Of a stretch of DNA of 64,000 bases, positions 13,613 to 26,046 are shown piece after piece (the stretch's first letter is position 1; every line of letters begins with the position of its first letter). A program made the position numbers and the translations under genes. The notes under the pieces are model-generated. The model was not told the origin of the DNA, did not search any database, and worked only from the letters and a program-made list of their open reading frames with translations. The stretch comes from Octopus vulgaris (lineage: Eukaryota): assembly GCA_951406725.2 (NCBI GenBank), contig OX597823.1:66340001-66404000 (forward strand), given 5' to 3'.

Positions 13613-13883
13613 TATAAGATATACTTACGTATTACTACAACAGAAAGACCTGACCATAATTCACATCGCCCCTAAAGTGAACCATTTCGATGAAATAATG
13701 AAATAAGTGATCCTGTTATTTTTGAGGAACTTACTTGAGAGATATAAATGTCTTGAGAGAGGAATGAAAATATAGAGCGAAGCTGAATTAGAGAGACAAT
13801 TGATCATTAATGTTGATTCAATGGGGATTTGACGTACATCACCAAACTTCTTGCAAATAGCAGGCGATATTCTCACCAACCAA

Positions 13884-14095
13884 AAGGCGGCGTGCTGGCA
13901 GAAACGTTAACACGCCGGACGAAATGCTTAGCGGTATTTCGTTTGTCTTTCCTTTCCAAGTTCAAATTCCGCCAAGGTCAACTTTGCCTTTCATCCGTTC
14001 GGGGCCGATGAATTAAGTACCAGTTGCATACTGGATTCGATTTAATCCACTGCCCCTCCCCCAAAATTTCGGTCCTTGGGCCTAGAGTAGAAAAA
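13884..14095 (+). mobile_element. tRNA-derived SINE family B, full length with TSD
   Basis: Head aaggcggcgtgctggcagaaacgtt, B-box-like agttcaaattcc, and central gcctttcatccgttcggggccgatgaattaagtaccag. 17-bp TSD gatattct(c/t)accaacca at 13866-13882 and 14096-14112. Confidence 0.9.
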
Positions 14096-14337
14096 GATAT
14101 TCTTACCAACCATACTATCGCCTGTTAAAGATTAGGTATATTTGACAATAATATCAATAATGTCAGTCATTATGTTACGCTACACCTCACCTGACAATAC
14201 AATGAAACAATGAGACAACAATGCATAAGCGACTATGCTGCAAGACACATTTGACGCGTCCAAAGTTTTTTATAAAATGTGTTGCAATACGTGTGTGTGT
14301 GTTTGTTAAATGAAATGAGATAACGAAGCCGAAGTTA

Positions 14338-14549
14338 TTCTCTTTTACTCTTTTACTTGTTTCAGTCATTTGACTGCGGCCATGCTGGAGCACCGCCTTT
14401 AGTCGAGCAAATCGACCCCGGGACTTATTCTTTTGTAAGCCCAGTACTTATTCTATCGGTCTCTTTTGCCGAACCGCTAAGTAGCGGGGACATAAACACA
14501 CCAGCATCGGTTGTCAAGCAATGCTAGAGGGACAAACACAGACACACAA

Positions 14550-14580
<31 letters not shown>

Positions 14581-14752
14581 CATATATACGACAGGCTTCT
14601 TTCAGTTTCCGTCCACCAAATCCACTCACGAGGCTTTGGTCGGCCTGAGGCTATAGTAGAAGACACTTGCTTAAGGTGCCACGCAGTGGGACTGAATCCG
14701 GAACCATGTGGTTGGTAAATAAGCTACTTACCACACAGCCACTCTTGCGCCT
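14338..14752 (-). mobile_element. tRNA-derived SINE family A, full length
   Basis: Minus-strand head aggcgcaagagtggctgtgtggtaagtagc...gattcagtccc (A/B boxes), internal (TA)/(TG) microsatellite, and (gagtaaaa)n tail. Near-identical to other copies in the window. Confidence 0.9.
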
Positions 14753-14787
14753 GTGGAATTTTCAGGACATTTATAGAGAGACAGTTA

Positions 14788-14835
14788 GCCTTACAGCTGT
14801 TTCTGGGATATTAGAGATATCGCTTCATCAGAGAC
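14788..14835 (-). ncRNA. Minimal type-I hammerhead ribozyme motif (Penelope pLTR/retrozyme type), sub-family 1
   Basis: Minus strand reads GUCU-CUGAUGA-agcgauau(cucua)auauccca-GAAA-cagcug-UA-AGGC. The core is intact, stem I is GUCU/AGGC, and stem III is the palindrome CAGCUG. Confidence 0.75.
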
Positions 14836-15600
14836 GATGTGAGATGGTTAACTAGAGAGAAATATTTGAGTTCAATATGAGGAGTTATTTTGTTAAAGGA
14901 AACAAATAAAGAGTATATAGGGAAATAGGAGAATGGATGTAGAAATAAAACTAGAAATGTATAAAGATGTTATAGTTGCAGTTCCATCATCCAATGAAAG
15001 TGGTGTGTCGAAGTGGTAGAAATGTTTCCTGCCTGTGGTATGTATATTTTGTCATCGCAAATGTAAAGTGTGGAGACCTATGTTCCATGTGCTGTTCAAT
15101 CAAAGGGGTCTTGTGTTATGAGTAAAGATTTAAGATGTGATTGTTAAGATGAAGAATGTTAAGATGAGACGTGAATGTTAAGATGAAGAGAGGACAAAGA
15201 AAAATGTGAGGAAAGAAGGAAAGAAAGAGGAAGAGAAAATGAAAACAAGAAGAGAAAAAAGTGAAAGGGGGGTTGTTAGTTGATGCTCAAGATATTAAGA
15301 GGGGAATGGGAGGGAGTAGGGAAGGGTAGGAAGATATATGAATGTAAGTATTGAATAGGTGTGAGGTGGGGTGATATGTTTGAATGGCATTAAGGGATGG
15401 GTACAGAAAAAGGTATAGATGGGGGGTTTCTAAAGTGAGTAATAAACTACAAATGGGAAGGGAAGAATACTAAGAATGGTTAAGTTTCTATAAATGGACT
15501 TATGTGTGTATTCTACTAGCTAATGTGATAGCGTGGACAAAAGGACCACAAAGAAAGAAAGAGAGAGAGAAGTGTATATCAATATACGCTCGCACACATG

Positions 15601-15693
<93 letters not shown>

Positions 15694-15931
15694 CTGTGTC
15701 TGTGTCTGTGTCTGTGTGTGTGTGAGTGTGTGCGTGTGCGTGTATGCATTATTATATAGGCCTGCATACTTGTGTATTTAAACCCGTACGCATGCATGCA
15801 TATACATATACAAACATGCATATACACGTACATACATATACGCATACACATGCGCATATATACACGCATATATGCACGCGAACACACATACATACACGCA
15901 TGCACACACACATACATACATACATACATAC

Positions 15932-16018
<87 letters not shown>

Positions 16019-17030
16019 TAAGCACATACATCCGCATACGCATACATATGCATACCCAGACTGGGTGTTCGTGTGTTTATGTATATGTTTGTGCCTGCAT
16101 CGATTCTCCAAAATATAAATGAATATCAGAAGTAACTGCACAGTATTCTTTAAGGCATTATAATGAGAGGTACTAAATAAACATTACCCCACGATTCTTA
16201 TTTATAGCTTACCATCAGGTAACCTGAACATGTTTTGTATTAAATTATGTGAAAATTTCTTTACTTTAATATTTTATGAATATTCATTTTTTCGTTCCAG
16301 CCATGATGCAGCGGTCATGATGGAGCACTACAGTGAAGTATACTGTACCTCACATCAATGACCTCGAGATTAAGAGTTACAGACTATAAGTATTTCAAGA
16401 GCAATGTGTTTGTTTCAGTCTCATTCATTCTATTTCTATTCTGACTCCCTTGTGAATATTTCAACGATTTTTCTTTTCGTTACTTATTGCAATCGTTATT
16501 TAAACCTCTCACAAGACAGATTTAAGAAAAAAAAAAACTCATCTTATAAAATTTTCTAGTTAGTAAAACGGATGCCGTCTACTTAGGTATTGATATTTTT
16601 ATTGCTATGCAATATGCTATCAGCGCTGTCTTCCTTGAGCAACCAGAACTTTTTAGCGCTCAATTATTTACCAAGCACCCCTTATAAAATCAACCTCATT
16701 GGAAGATAACGGAGATGCTAACTTACTGTAGTTGTCAACTAACTTTCTCATGCTGGGTGGTTGATGTGATTTCCAGTTTGAGCAAATTGATTTATCATCC
16801 TTCTTGTTGTATGGTCTCTAACTATCATTATCCATTTTCGGGGTAGTGTTTAGAAAACTAGTACCACTAAGGGTAGTACCCACAGTAATACTAGGTCCGA
16901 TTTTTAAAAATTTATTTATCAAATTTTAAAAAATATACTTCCAATTCCTGATTATTTCAATTTCTCGAAAGACACCAGCTAGTAATGTGTTGTAAACTAC
17001 ATTACATAACAGGTAATTTCGTTTCCAATA

Positions 17031-17264
17031 AGGCAGCGAGCTGGCAGAAACGTCAGCACGCCGGGCGAAATGCATAGCCGTATTTCGTCTGCCATTACGT
17101 TCTGAGTTCAAATTCCGCCGAGGTCGACTTTGCCGTTCATCCATTCGAGGTCAATAAATTAAGTACCAGTTATGCAGTGGCGTCGATGTAATCGACTTAA
17201 TCCGTTTGTCTGTCCTTGTTTGACCCCTCTGTGTTTAGCCCCTTGTGGGTAGTAAAGAAATAGA
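17031..17264 (+). mobile_element. SINE family B, full length with TSD, alternative tail
   Basis: Same head and core as the 13884 copy. TSD taatttc(g/t)tttccaata at 17014-17030 and 17265-17281. Confidence 0.9.
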
Positions 17265-18432
17265 TAATTTCTTTTCCAATAAATCTACAATATAAATATT
17301 GTGAATGAAATCATACTGCTTTAGCACTATAATTTCACTCACATTAGCAATATTCCAGGCTATCATATGTCAGACTCGTCATCTCCGCTTTTCCGAAATC
17401 GTATTTTGTTATCGGCAAGCAGAACTCTTATTCCACATTCTCACTCTGAAAACTATATTAATGTCTGACTTCCCAATATCAAAGAACCTTTCGCAATTTC
17501 TAACATTGTATCACACTGCGTGAGAGTACTTATCTCTGAGTGTGTATGTATGAGTATGTGTTTATTTGTGAGTGTGTATGTGTTTGCTTGTGTGTGTGTG
17601 TGCGTCGGTGTGTGTGTGTGTGTATGTTCACTGAAACAGTTATATAGAACATTTAATTTCCGGTTGATGCTTATCTGATACACTCAAACTGCAGATTATC
17701 TCAGAAAAATTATTACGTGTGATTATATAAATTTAGACGGCATCTAGCCCTTAAAGGAGAACAGACACTCCAAGTAAACCGAGATGCTAATGCAGATTTA
17801 ATTCCCACCACAACAACTCTCAATTTATGTTTGTACTATTGCCTTCAGTTTAAGTTGCTAAAATAATTAAACGATACTCAAGCTAATATTAATGATTATT
17901 AGATACAGTCTGCAACAGCAGCACCTAAATGCGGCCTTCAAGCTATTGTTCACTACTGATTCTATTTTCATTTTGTGAGGTTCAGTGAGTATGCAGTCGC
18001 TGTTTTCATTCCACTCGTACATTTAAGAGTAGATAACTCTAAATTCAACGTTTCGATTTCGTAAGAACATTCAGCTCGCTATGGTTACTATTATATTATA
18101 GTGTTATTTTTAATTTGTGTGCATATCTAATGAAATTTTTTAGAGCACGTGCAATATTCTAAAAACATGAATGACAGTCATATCCAGCTGAGGATATTTA
18201 TTCAATCGGCAGAATTCTCCTTATGTTACGAGTATGCGGTACTACAGTACTGAGGTTTGTAACCTATATGGTCAAGATATACTCATAGTAAGAGGATTTC
18301 AATCAAACCTAACTTAAATTATATTCCGCTTCCTTAAGTACGAACAATATTCACTTGCCTATATTTATTACGCGTAAGTTATCAGGTTGCTTTTATATGT
18401 TATATTTTTATATTATATTAAATTATATGATA

Positions 18433-18507
<75 letters not shown>

Positions 18508-18542
18508 CACATACAAACAGAAAGAGAGAGAGAGAATGAAAG

Positions 18543-18598
<56 letters not shown>

Positions 18599-19672
18599 AT
18601 ATACATTTATGCTGAGATATGTATACACATATATGCAAAAGGAGCACACATGCAAGCAGATCTGCAAGTTACAAACAGATACATATCACATCAAATCTGA
18701 AAGATATGGTAATGAAATTATATGAAAATAGTTTCCTTTTACGCATATTAACATTACGTAATCTAAGTAATATGTCTGCTCATGTAATATTTTCTACGTT
18801 TGCAATTCTTATATAAAATGTAACACATAAAAAACTATCACTAATCAGAATCAAGTATTACATCTTACTCGATCACATTTGTGTTACGTTCAATATATTT
18901 TCTATTTATCTGCAAGTATAGCCTTATTGATTACAGCTCAAGGATATAGACTGGAAATTAAAGACATTACATGTATGAGACTGATTTCTATCACTTCGAC
19001 GATCGAACGGAACAATTAACACTTCCTATACGTATATAATTATCCAGACAATTTTCCGAGCTACGAATAAATTACAAGGAATTTTCCAAAACGACCATGT
19101 TAAATACTGTATCTAACATGAGAATTCTTGTGAAATTAACTTCAGTAATTGTATACTTACATGCATACTTACAGACGTACATACATACCTGCATACATGC
19201 ATGCATACCTAGATATACAACTAACAGTTATGCCCAAAATTCCAATGCGGTTGCCTAATAAGTAAAACTTAACTGGTAACTACAGCTGTTACAAATAACC
19301 AGGATTGACCGTGAGAAAACTATATATTAAGAATTCGTAAATTACAGTTAAATATGGCTCACACCAGTGATTAATCATATTCTCTGAGTATTTCTGTAAA
19401 TAAATTAATATTTGGATAACGTGCTGTCTTCCTATCACACTATTTATCAAAATGTCTTTATCTACATCTTTATATCAATATACATAAAAATGTATGTGCA
19501 TGTGTGCGTATTTGCGTGTTGTGTGTATGTATATATGCATATATATACACATATTTATACATATATATACATATATATATATATACATATACGTATATCT
19601 ATAAATACATATATATATACATATATACATATACATATATACGTATACATATATACGTATACATATATAAAC

Positions 19673-19728
<56 letters not shown>

Positions 19729-19869
19729 TTATGTATATATATACATATCGACCTACTTACATGTCTACATCACTTCCTCCTTATATGTGTATGTGTGTGC
19801 GAATGTGTGTGTGTGTGGTACAGTATACACTTATAAACACATATATAAACGTTTACTCACTCGCGGATG

Positions 19870-19931
<62 letters not shown>

Positions 19932-20540
19932 GTGTGTGTGTTTGTGCGCACGCGTATGCGTGTGTGTTTCAGTGTGCCTTTATTATATGGCGATAATATT
20001 TGCGGCCACATTCTCATATGTAGAAATGGGCAATTGATCAAAGCCGATATGGGACTACTTCTGTAGGGATGCTATATAAATCACTGTGAACAGGTGTCTG
20101 ATGTCTTATCATTTTGGATATTGCTTATGAATGCCAATATTCATAAAAGAATTGATTAAATCTATTCCAAATCTAAAAGTATATTACATATAATTGCGCG
20201 AGGTTAGTAAGTGAATATATATATTACAAATAAAGTCACAAATTTTCATGATGCATTTCATGAACAGTTGTGATTTATGCCACTAGGCGTGGCGAAGCAA
20301 GAACATAAAACTCATGAGCGAGAGTATGAAAGTTTTCAAGAATACGAGTAAATCAATAAAGTCATTAATTATGAAGTAACTATGCTATACGTTTGACGTG
20401 AATGTTGGATTAATAAATGAGTAATGTTGAGGAGTGTAAACTTTGAATTGATTTTCACAGTAATATAAGTTATGTTAAGTCTCTCACAGATGAGAAAATG
20501 ATATTAGACATAATATAAGATTAAGTATAAACACACAGTT

Positions 20541-20582
<42 letters not shown>

Positions 20583-20907
20583 CGTTGAATGTTTCAATTA
20601 TTTTTTATCTTATAAAGCACGAGTAAATAAAAACAAAATGAGTTTTACCAAACGAATTTCTTTCCACCTTCTGCTAATGAAGATACCACGTGTTCAAAAA
20701 TCCCTATGAGTATAGGATGGCTGCTGGAACTGCAGTTTTTGTCCAAATTAAAATTTTAGTTTTATATATACATTTACACAAAACTACCTACCGACTTGCG
20801 TATATAGTAGATGCACACCACACATACGCATAAAACATGTATGTATGTATGTATATGTATGTATATATGTATGTAAGTATGTATGAATTTATATGTTTAT
20901 ACATGTA

Positions 20908-21287
20908 TCGTGGCACTCCGTTGGTTATGACGACGAGGGTTCCAGTTGATTCAATGAACGGAACAGCCAGCTGGTGAAATTAATGTGCAGGTGGCTGAGT
21001 ACCCCACAGATACGTGTACCCTTAATATAATTTTCGGGGATATTCAGCGACACAGAGTGTGACAAGGCTGGCCTATTGAAATATGGGTTCAACAGAAACA
21101 GGAGGGAAAAGTGAGAGGAATTTGTGGTGAAAGAGTACAGCAGGGTTTGCCACGACATCCTGCCAAAGCCTCGTGGAGCCTTTAGTGTTTCCATTCAATA
21201 AACACTAACACCGTCCGGTCTTACAGTCGAAACCGCGATCCTACGACTGCGAATCCGTTGCCCTAGCAACTGGGCCATTGCGCCTCC
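20908..21287 (-). mobile_element. tRNA-derived SINE family C
   Basis: Minus-strand head gaggcgcaatggcccagttgctagggcaacggattcgcagtcgtaggatcgcggtttcgact; body homologous to the 25581 copy. Confidence 0.85.
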
Positions 21288-21661
21288 ACATATGCATATA
21301 TACATATGTATGCATACACCTGCATGAATACATATTAAAAAACTGGAGATTTGTTAGAACTTCAAAGAGTTTTCTTTGCAGCAATCACCCGAATCTCTAA
21401 TTCCGAGTTCAAATCTCAACGAGGCCAGCTTTTTTTTTTCACCTTGGGTGTTGATAAATAAATTATAGACCCTAAATTTTTGTCCATCATTCTCACATAC
21501 TTTATGTTTATTTAATGTGTCTCTTCCGAAAGAGGAGTGTAAATGTACCCAGTACACGCCGTATGTCGTGACGAGGCCTCTGATATTCAAAGGATTTGTG
21601 ACTCTAAGGCAAGGAGCACGTACACATTCAGATAAAGCACGTACACATTCAGATAAAGATA

Positions 21662-22020
21662 TTTACTCTTTTACTTGTCTTAGTCATTTGACTGCGGCCA
21701 TGCTGGAGCACCGCCTTTAATCGAGCAACTCGACCCTGGGACTTATTCTTTTTGTAAGCCCAGTACTTATTCTTCGGTCTCTTTTGCCGAACCGCTAAGT
21801 AACGGGGACATAAACACACCAGTATCGGTTGTCAAGCAATGCTAGAGGGCAAACACAGACACACAAACACACACATATATACATATATACGACGGGCTTC
21901 TTTCAGTTTCCGTCAACCAAATCCACTCACAAGGCTTTGGTCGGCCCGAGGCTATAGTAGAAGACACTTAACACGCAGTTAACTGAACCCGGAACCATGT
22001 GGTTGGTAAACAAGCTACTT
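21662..22020 (-). mobile_element. SINE family A lacking the first ~25 nt of its head
   Basis: High identity to 14338-14752. It stops abruptly at the junction with the ORF1-only element. Confidence 0.9.
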
Positions 22021-23835
22021 TATTTCATAAATTTGTCATGTAGACAGTACAAAGAGCTTTGCGGGCTGGACAAATACATTAATGAATGAAAATGAATTAT
22101 AATGAATAAATGAGAGACGAAACCCAACACCCGCCGATTGGATTTTTCTTGAAAACATATTTTCTTTTTTGTTTTTTAAACAATCAATATATGGTTTCGA
22201 ACCTTTTACAAGGAGGAGGCACTAAAACCTCTTACTTAACATATTTTCTTTTTTCTTTCTTAAAACACAAAATTGAGGTTATAAACCACTACAAAATAGT
22301 CCAATAAGGTGAGGTTTCAAACTCTGTAACGAGGTTCTTTCACCTCCTACTCTTCGATATATCCATCGATATATTCATCATTATCTTCAATACCGCTTGA
22401 GTTCCTGTATCCCTCCATTTCCCATGCCTCACTCATGTAGGACATGTAAGTCGTGTAAGGGCCACCCGGCCATATGCGACACTCCTCCCCAAATCCTTTA
22501 AGCCTTTCCCACAAGGGAAACCTTATGACCTCCACAGCTATCTGCGGAGGCCATTCGGGATCCCGTGTGAAGGGCATATCTACTGTTTCTTTATGTTCTT
22601 CTACTATTTTTCCACCTCCCCGCCCTTGTAGAAAAAGATAGTTAATTGATCATCTTTAAGGGTGGGGGTGGTTTCTTCCACCGTGGGTGGCACAACTTCG
22701 GGATATGCAGTCGGCACATCATCTCCCTGCTGAGATGACCCGTTCTTCTTTCTTTTTTTCCTTTTCTTCCTGGCTTCGGGAGAGTGGAGCTCTTCCGTTT
22801 TGTCCGGAGACTCTCCCCCGCCTCCCGAAGCCTTAGGTTCCTTCGGCGGGCAACTATTGTTGCCCGCCTTCTTCCTTTTTAATCCTTTTTTGAGTTGAGG
22901 AGGCTGAAGCCTCTTCGACCACATCCACCTCTCCCTTTGACCGGGTAGGGGAGGTGGCATCTGGTGACTGTTCCAGGACCATACCATGGTCCTGGGGGCA
23001 GTTCCTTTTAATGTGGCCTGGCTGCAGGTACGAGTGACACTTTGGGGGACGTCCCTGAAGTATCACCGGATAACTGCAGCCAGCCATTTTCAAGAAATCT
23101 GGAAAAACCAGTTCTGTTGCGGCCGATGGGGTCCACAGGGTCAAAATCGCTTTTGACCCTTCCCAATCGACCGCCGGCAATACTCTTACATTTAAGAGCC
23201 TGGGCCCGCCATCTCCCAGTCCCCGTCGGATGGTATCTTCAATCCAATCCGCTTCGGTGCCCGGGGGGAGCCCACATATCTAGGCTCGTATTAATTTTCT
23301 TCCACAATATGACGGGAGAAACAGGATTTCCTTGCCTTCTAAAGGCCCACTCGCAAACTGGCGAGCCTTTTCCCCGTTGTCAAACAGCAACCATACGGTT
23401 GCATGTTTGACACCACGGGATATATATTTTACAGAGGACAAATGTTCTTTAAGTTCATTTTTTATGACTTGTTTTGGGAAGGCGGTGATGGAATTAAGAA
23501 CTTTAGAATATGTTCTAAATACCAACGTCTTCTCTTCCATATCTTTTAACCATTGCTTAGGCGGGTTAATTTCCCACTCTAAGACAGAGTTTTTCTTTTT
23601 AAGTTCCTTCTCTGCCATGTCAAAAACAGTTCAAGAGTAGTTCAAAAGACAGTCTGCCAAAAAATTAAACCGAATAAAAATAAAACAATATAAAGGGGAG
23701 GGGAGGAAACTGAAATTAAAGTAATGAAAAGAATGAACCAAAATTTTTTAGAAAGAAAGAAATAATAGAAGGGAAAAGTAAGTGAAAAATCTCACAAGTA
23801 GCACAGACAGGGAATCCTTTGTATAATACTCCAAA
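22019..23835 (-). mobile_element. ORF1-only (gag-like, CCHC zinc knuckle) L1/Tx1-type retroelement, frameshifted
   Basis: Overlapping ORF pieces 23618-23280, 23180-22854, 22987-22604 and 22577-22347. They contain VILQGRPPKCHSYLQPGHIKRNCP (CX2[C>Y]X4HX4C) and a basic KKRKKRKK tract. The putative 3' UTR ends in AATAAA at ~22019-22024. No ORF2 (EN/RT) follows. Confidence 0.7.
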
Positions 23836-24197
23836 AAGTTAATCCAAAAACGAGAAATTACTAATTATATATATTTTGTTATTACTGTAAGAGATCATTT
23901 GTGAAAATGACATTTCAGGAGCATTTTTAATGAATTTGTCACTCTAATAAGGTAATTTCAGCAGATCACCGTTCATTTTACTCTAATATTTTGGTGCACA
24001 TAAAATTCCTCGTTTCTCTCTTTCTTCGGGGGTGTCATTAAAATAAACTTGGAGTAGTGACAAAAGAGAAATTCCAAAGCGTCAATGTGTTGAAAGAGCC
24101 TGAATTTTGATTGGCTTTCTGTCGTAGCTTCGGTAATTTTTCACATGTACGTTCCATATTCATGATGAGATAATCCGAGGAGTAAGCATTTAATAAA

Positions 24198-24241
<44 letters not shown>

Positions 24242-24256
24242 TTACATATTTGCATA

Positions 24257-24291
<35 letters not shown>

Positions 24292-24311
24292 TTTTTATTT
24301 TTAATATATAT

Positions 24312-24386
<75 letters not shown>

Positions 24387-25580
24387 TAGATATATATATA
24401 CACACATATACACACATATATATATTGAGAGGGGGACATGGATAGATAGGGAGAGAGAGAGAGAATAATTGTGCAAATGAAATAACATACTAAATTATGA
24501 ATAAATATATAGAAATAAATCATTCCGGTATATAATGGTAAAAATGAACTGATCAAATCTATCAGCATTGCATGGCGTAAAATTATTACGTGTAAATTTA
24601 CATCCATTACACTCCAAATATATAGTCTTTTGCAGCAACGCCAGTATTGCTTCAATACACGTTACAGTCATATATATTAAGAGATAGGCTCCCACGTCGA
24701 AAATGGTGTATTTAGAAAGAATTGTTTTTAACGATAGTACAAAACTAGGAATAAATGACGGCATGTAGAAATTTCATCCTATCTTTCTGTTTATGTTTTG
24801 ATCGATATCAAAATGATGAACAATGCTAGCTAGCCGTGATTGAATTTTGACTCAGGACCTGACGTGACATCAAAATATTTTAAGTCTTTCAGGCAATCAG
24901 ATTAATGATTCTGCCATAAATCACTCATAAGATGAGAAGGTGGAGAAGGGGATGGAGGATAAGAAGTATGAGGAGCAGGAGAATTAGAAGGTGAAGGAGG
25001 CGGAAGTGAAGTAGATGAAGAATGAAACGTAGAGGCGGAATGGAAGAGGAAGGGAAGTAGTTGAAGGGGTACGTTAGTTACATAAGCAGAAGGGACGAAA
25101 GCTGGAAGAGAGATCAATCGACTACAGTGACCTCGGCATTTAATCAGTACTTTAATTTCATCGACCACGCAAGGATGAATGGCAAATTGACCTCGGTGAG
25201 TTCTCACGATTTAAACTTGGAATGAATGGTGTGTAAAGAAACTGTTCGGCCAATCTATTTTTGGTGGGTTTTTTTTATCATTATCTAAAAGTCAACAGAT
25301 AATGAAATATTACAGGATGGGGCATAAAGTAAATGCAGCTTTAGGAATCTGAGTAGTATATCGACAGGAATTTCCACCTCAGCGTAAAAATATAAGACGA
25401 TACAGATGAGATTAATATTGTGGAATAATAGATCATATTCTACCAAAATAACCACGGTTAGGTTAACATGGATATAAAAAGTTCTAAGCATGATAAAATT
25501 ACAGCAATAAGCAAATTTTAGGCTTGAGATATGGTAGTGAGAAGTATAACCATTTATATATTTGTATATTCCTTGATCGT

Positions 25581-26046
25581 AGAGGCGCAATGGTCTAGTG
25601 GTTAGGGCAGCGGCCTCGCGGTCGTAGGATCGCGGTTTCGATTCCCAGACCGGGCATTGTGAGTGTTTATTGAGCAAAAACACCTAAAGCTCCACGAGGC
25701 TCCGGCGGGAGCTAATGACACCTGCTGTACTCTTTCATCACAACTTTCTTTCAATCTTTGTTTCAGTTGTATCTGTATTTCAAAGGACCAGCCTTGTCAA
25801 ACTGTGTCACGCCGAATCTCCCCGAGAACTACGTTAAGGGTAAACATGTCTGTGGAGTGCTCTGCCACTTGCACGTTAATAAATGAGCAGCGACGTCACT
25901 GGTGCCAAGCTGTATCGGCCTTTGCCTTTCTCTTGGATAACATCAGTGGCGTGGAGAGTGGAGGCTCGTATGCGTGGGTAACTGCTGGTCTTCCATAAAC
26001 AACCTTGCCCAGAATTGTGCCTCGGAGGGTAACTTTCTAGGTCACA
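25581..26046 (+). mobile_element. tRNA-derived SINE family C, full length with TSD
   Basis: A box tggtctagtgg and B box gtttcgattcc. TSD attccttgatc(g/a)t at 25568-25580 and 26047-26059. Confidence 0.9.

Noticed and set aside
13621-13628. atacttac, matching the U1 snRNA 5' end, right after the R2-like fragment
   Set aside because: Only an 8-nt match; the downstream sequence is not U1
25583-25655. tRNA-like sequence with A and B boxes
   Set aside because: It is the head of a TSD-bounded SINE, and no proper acceptor stem is visible
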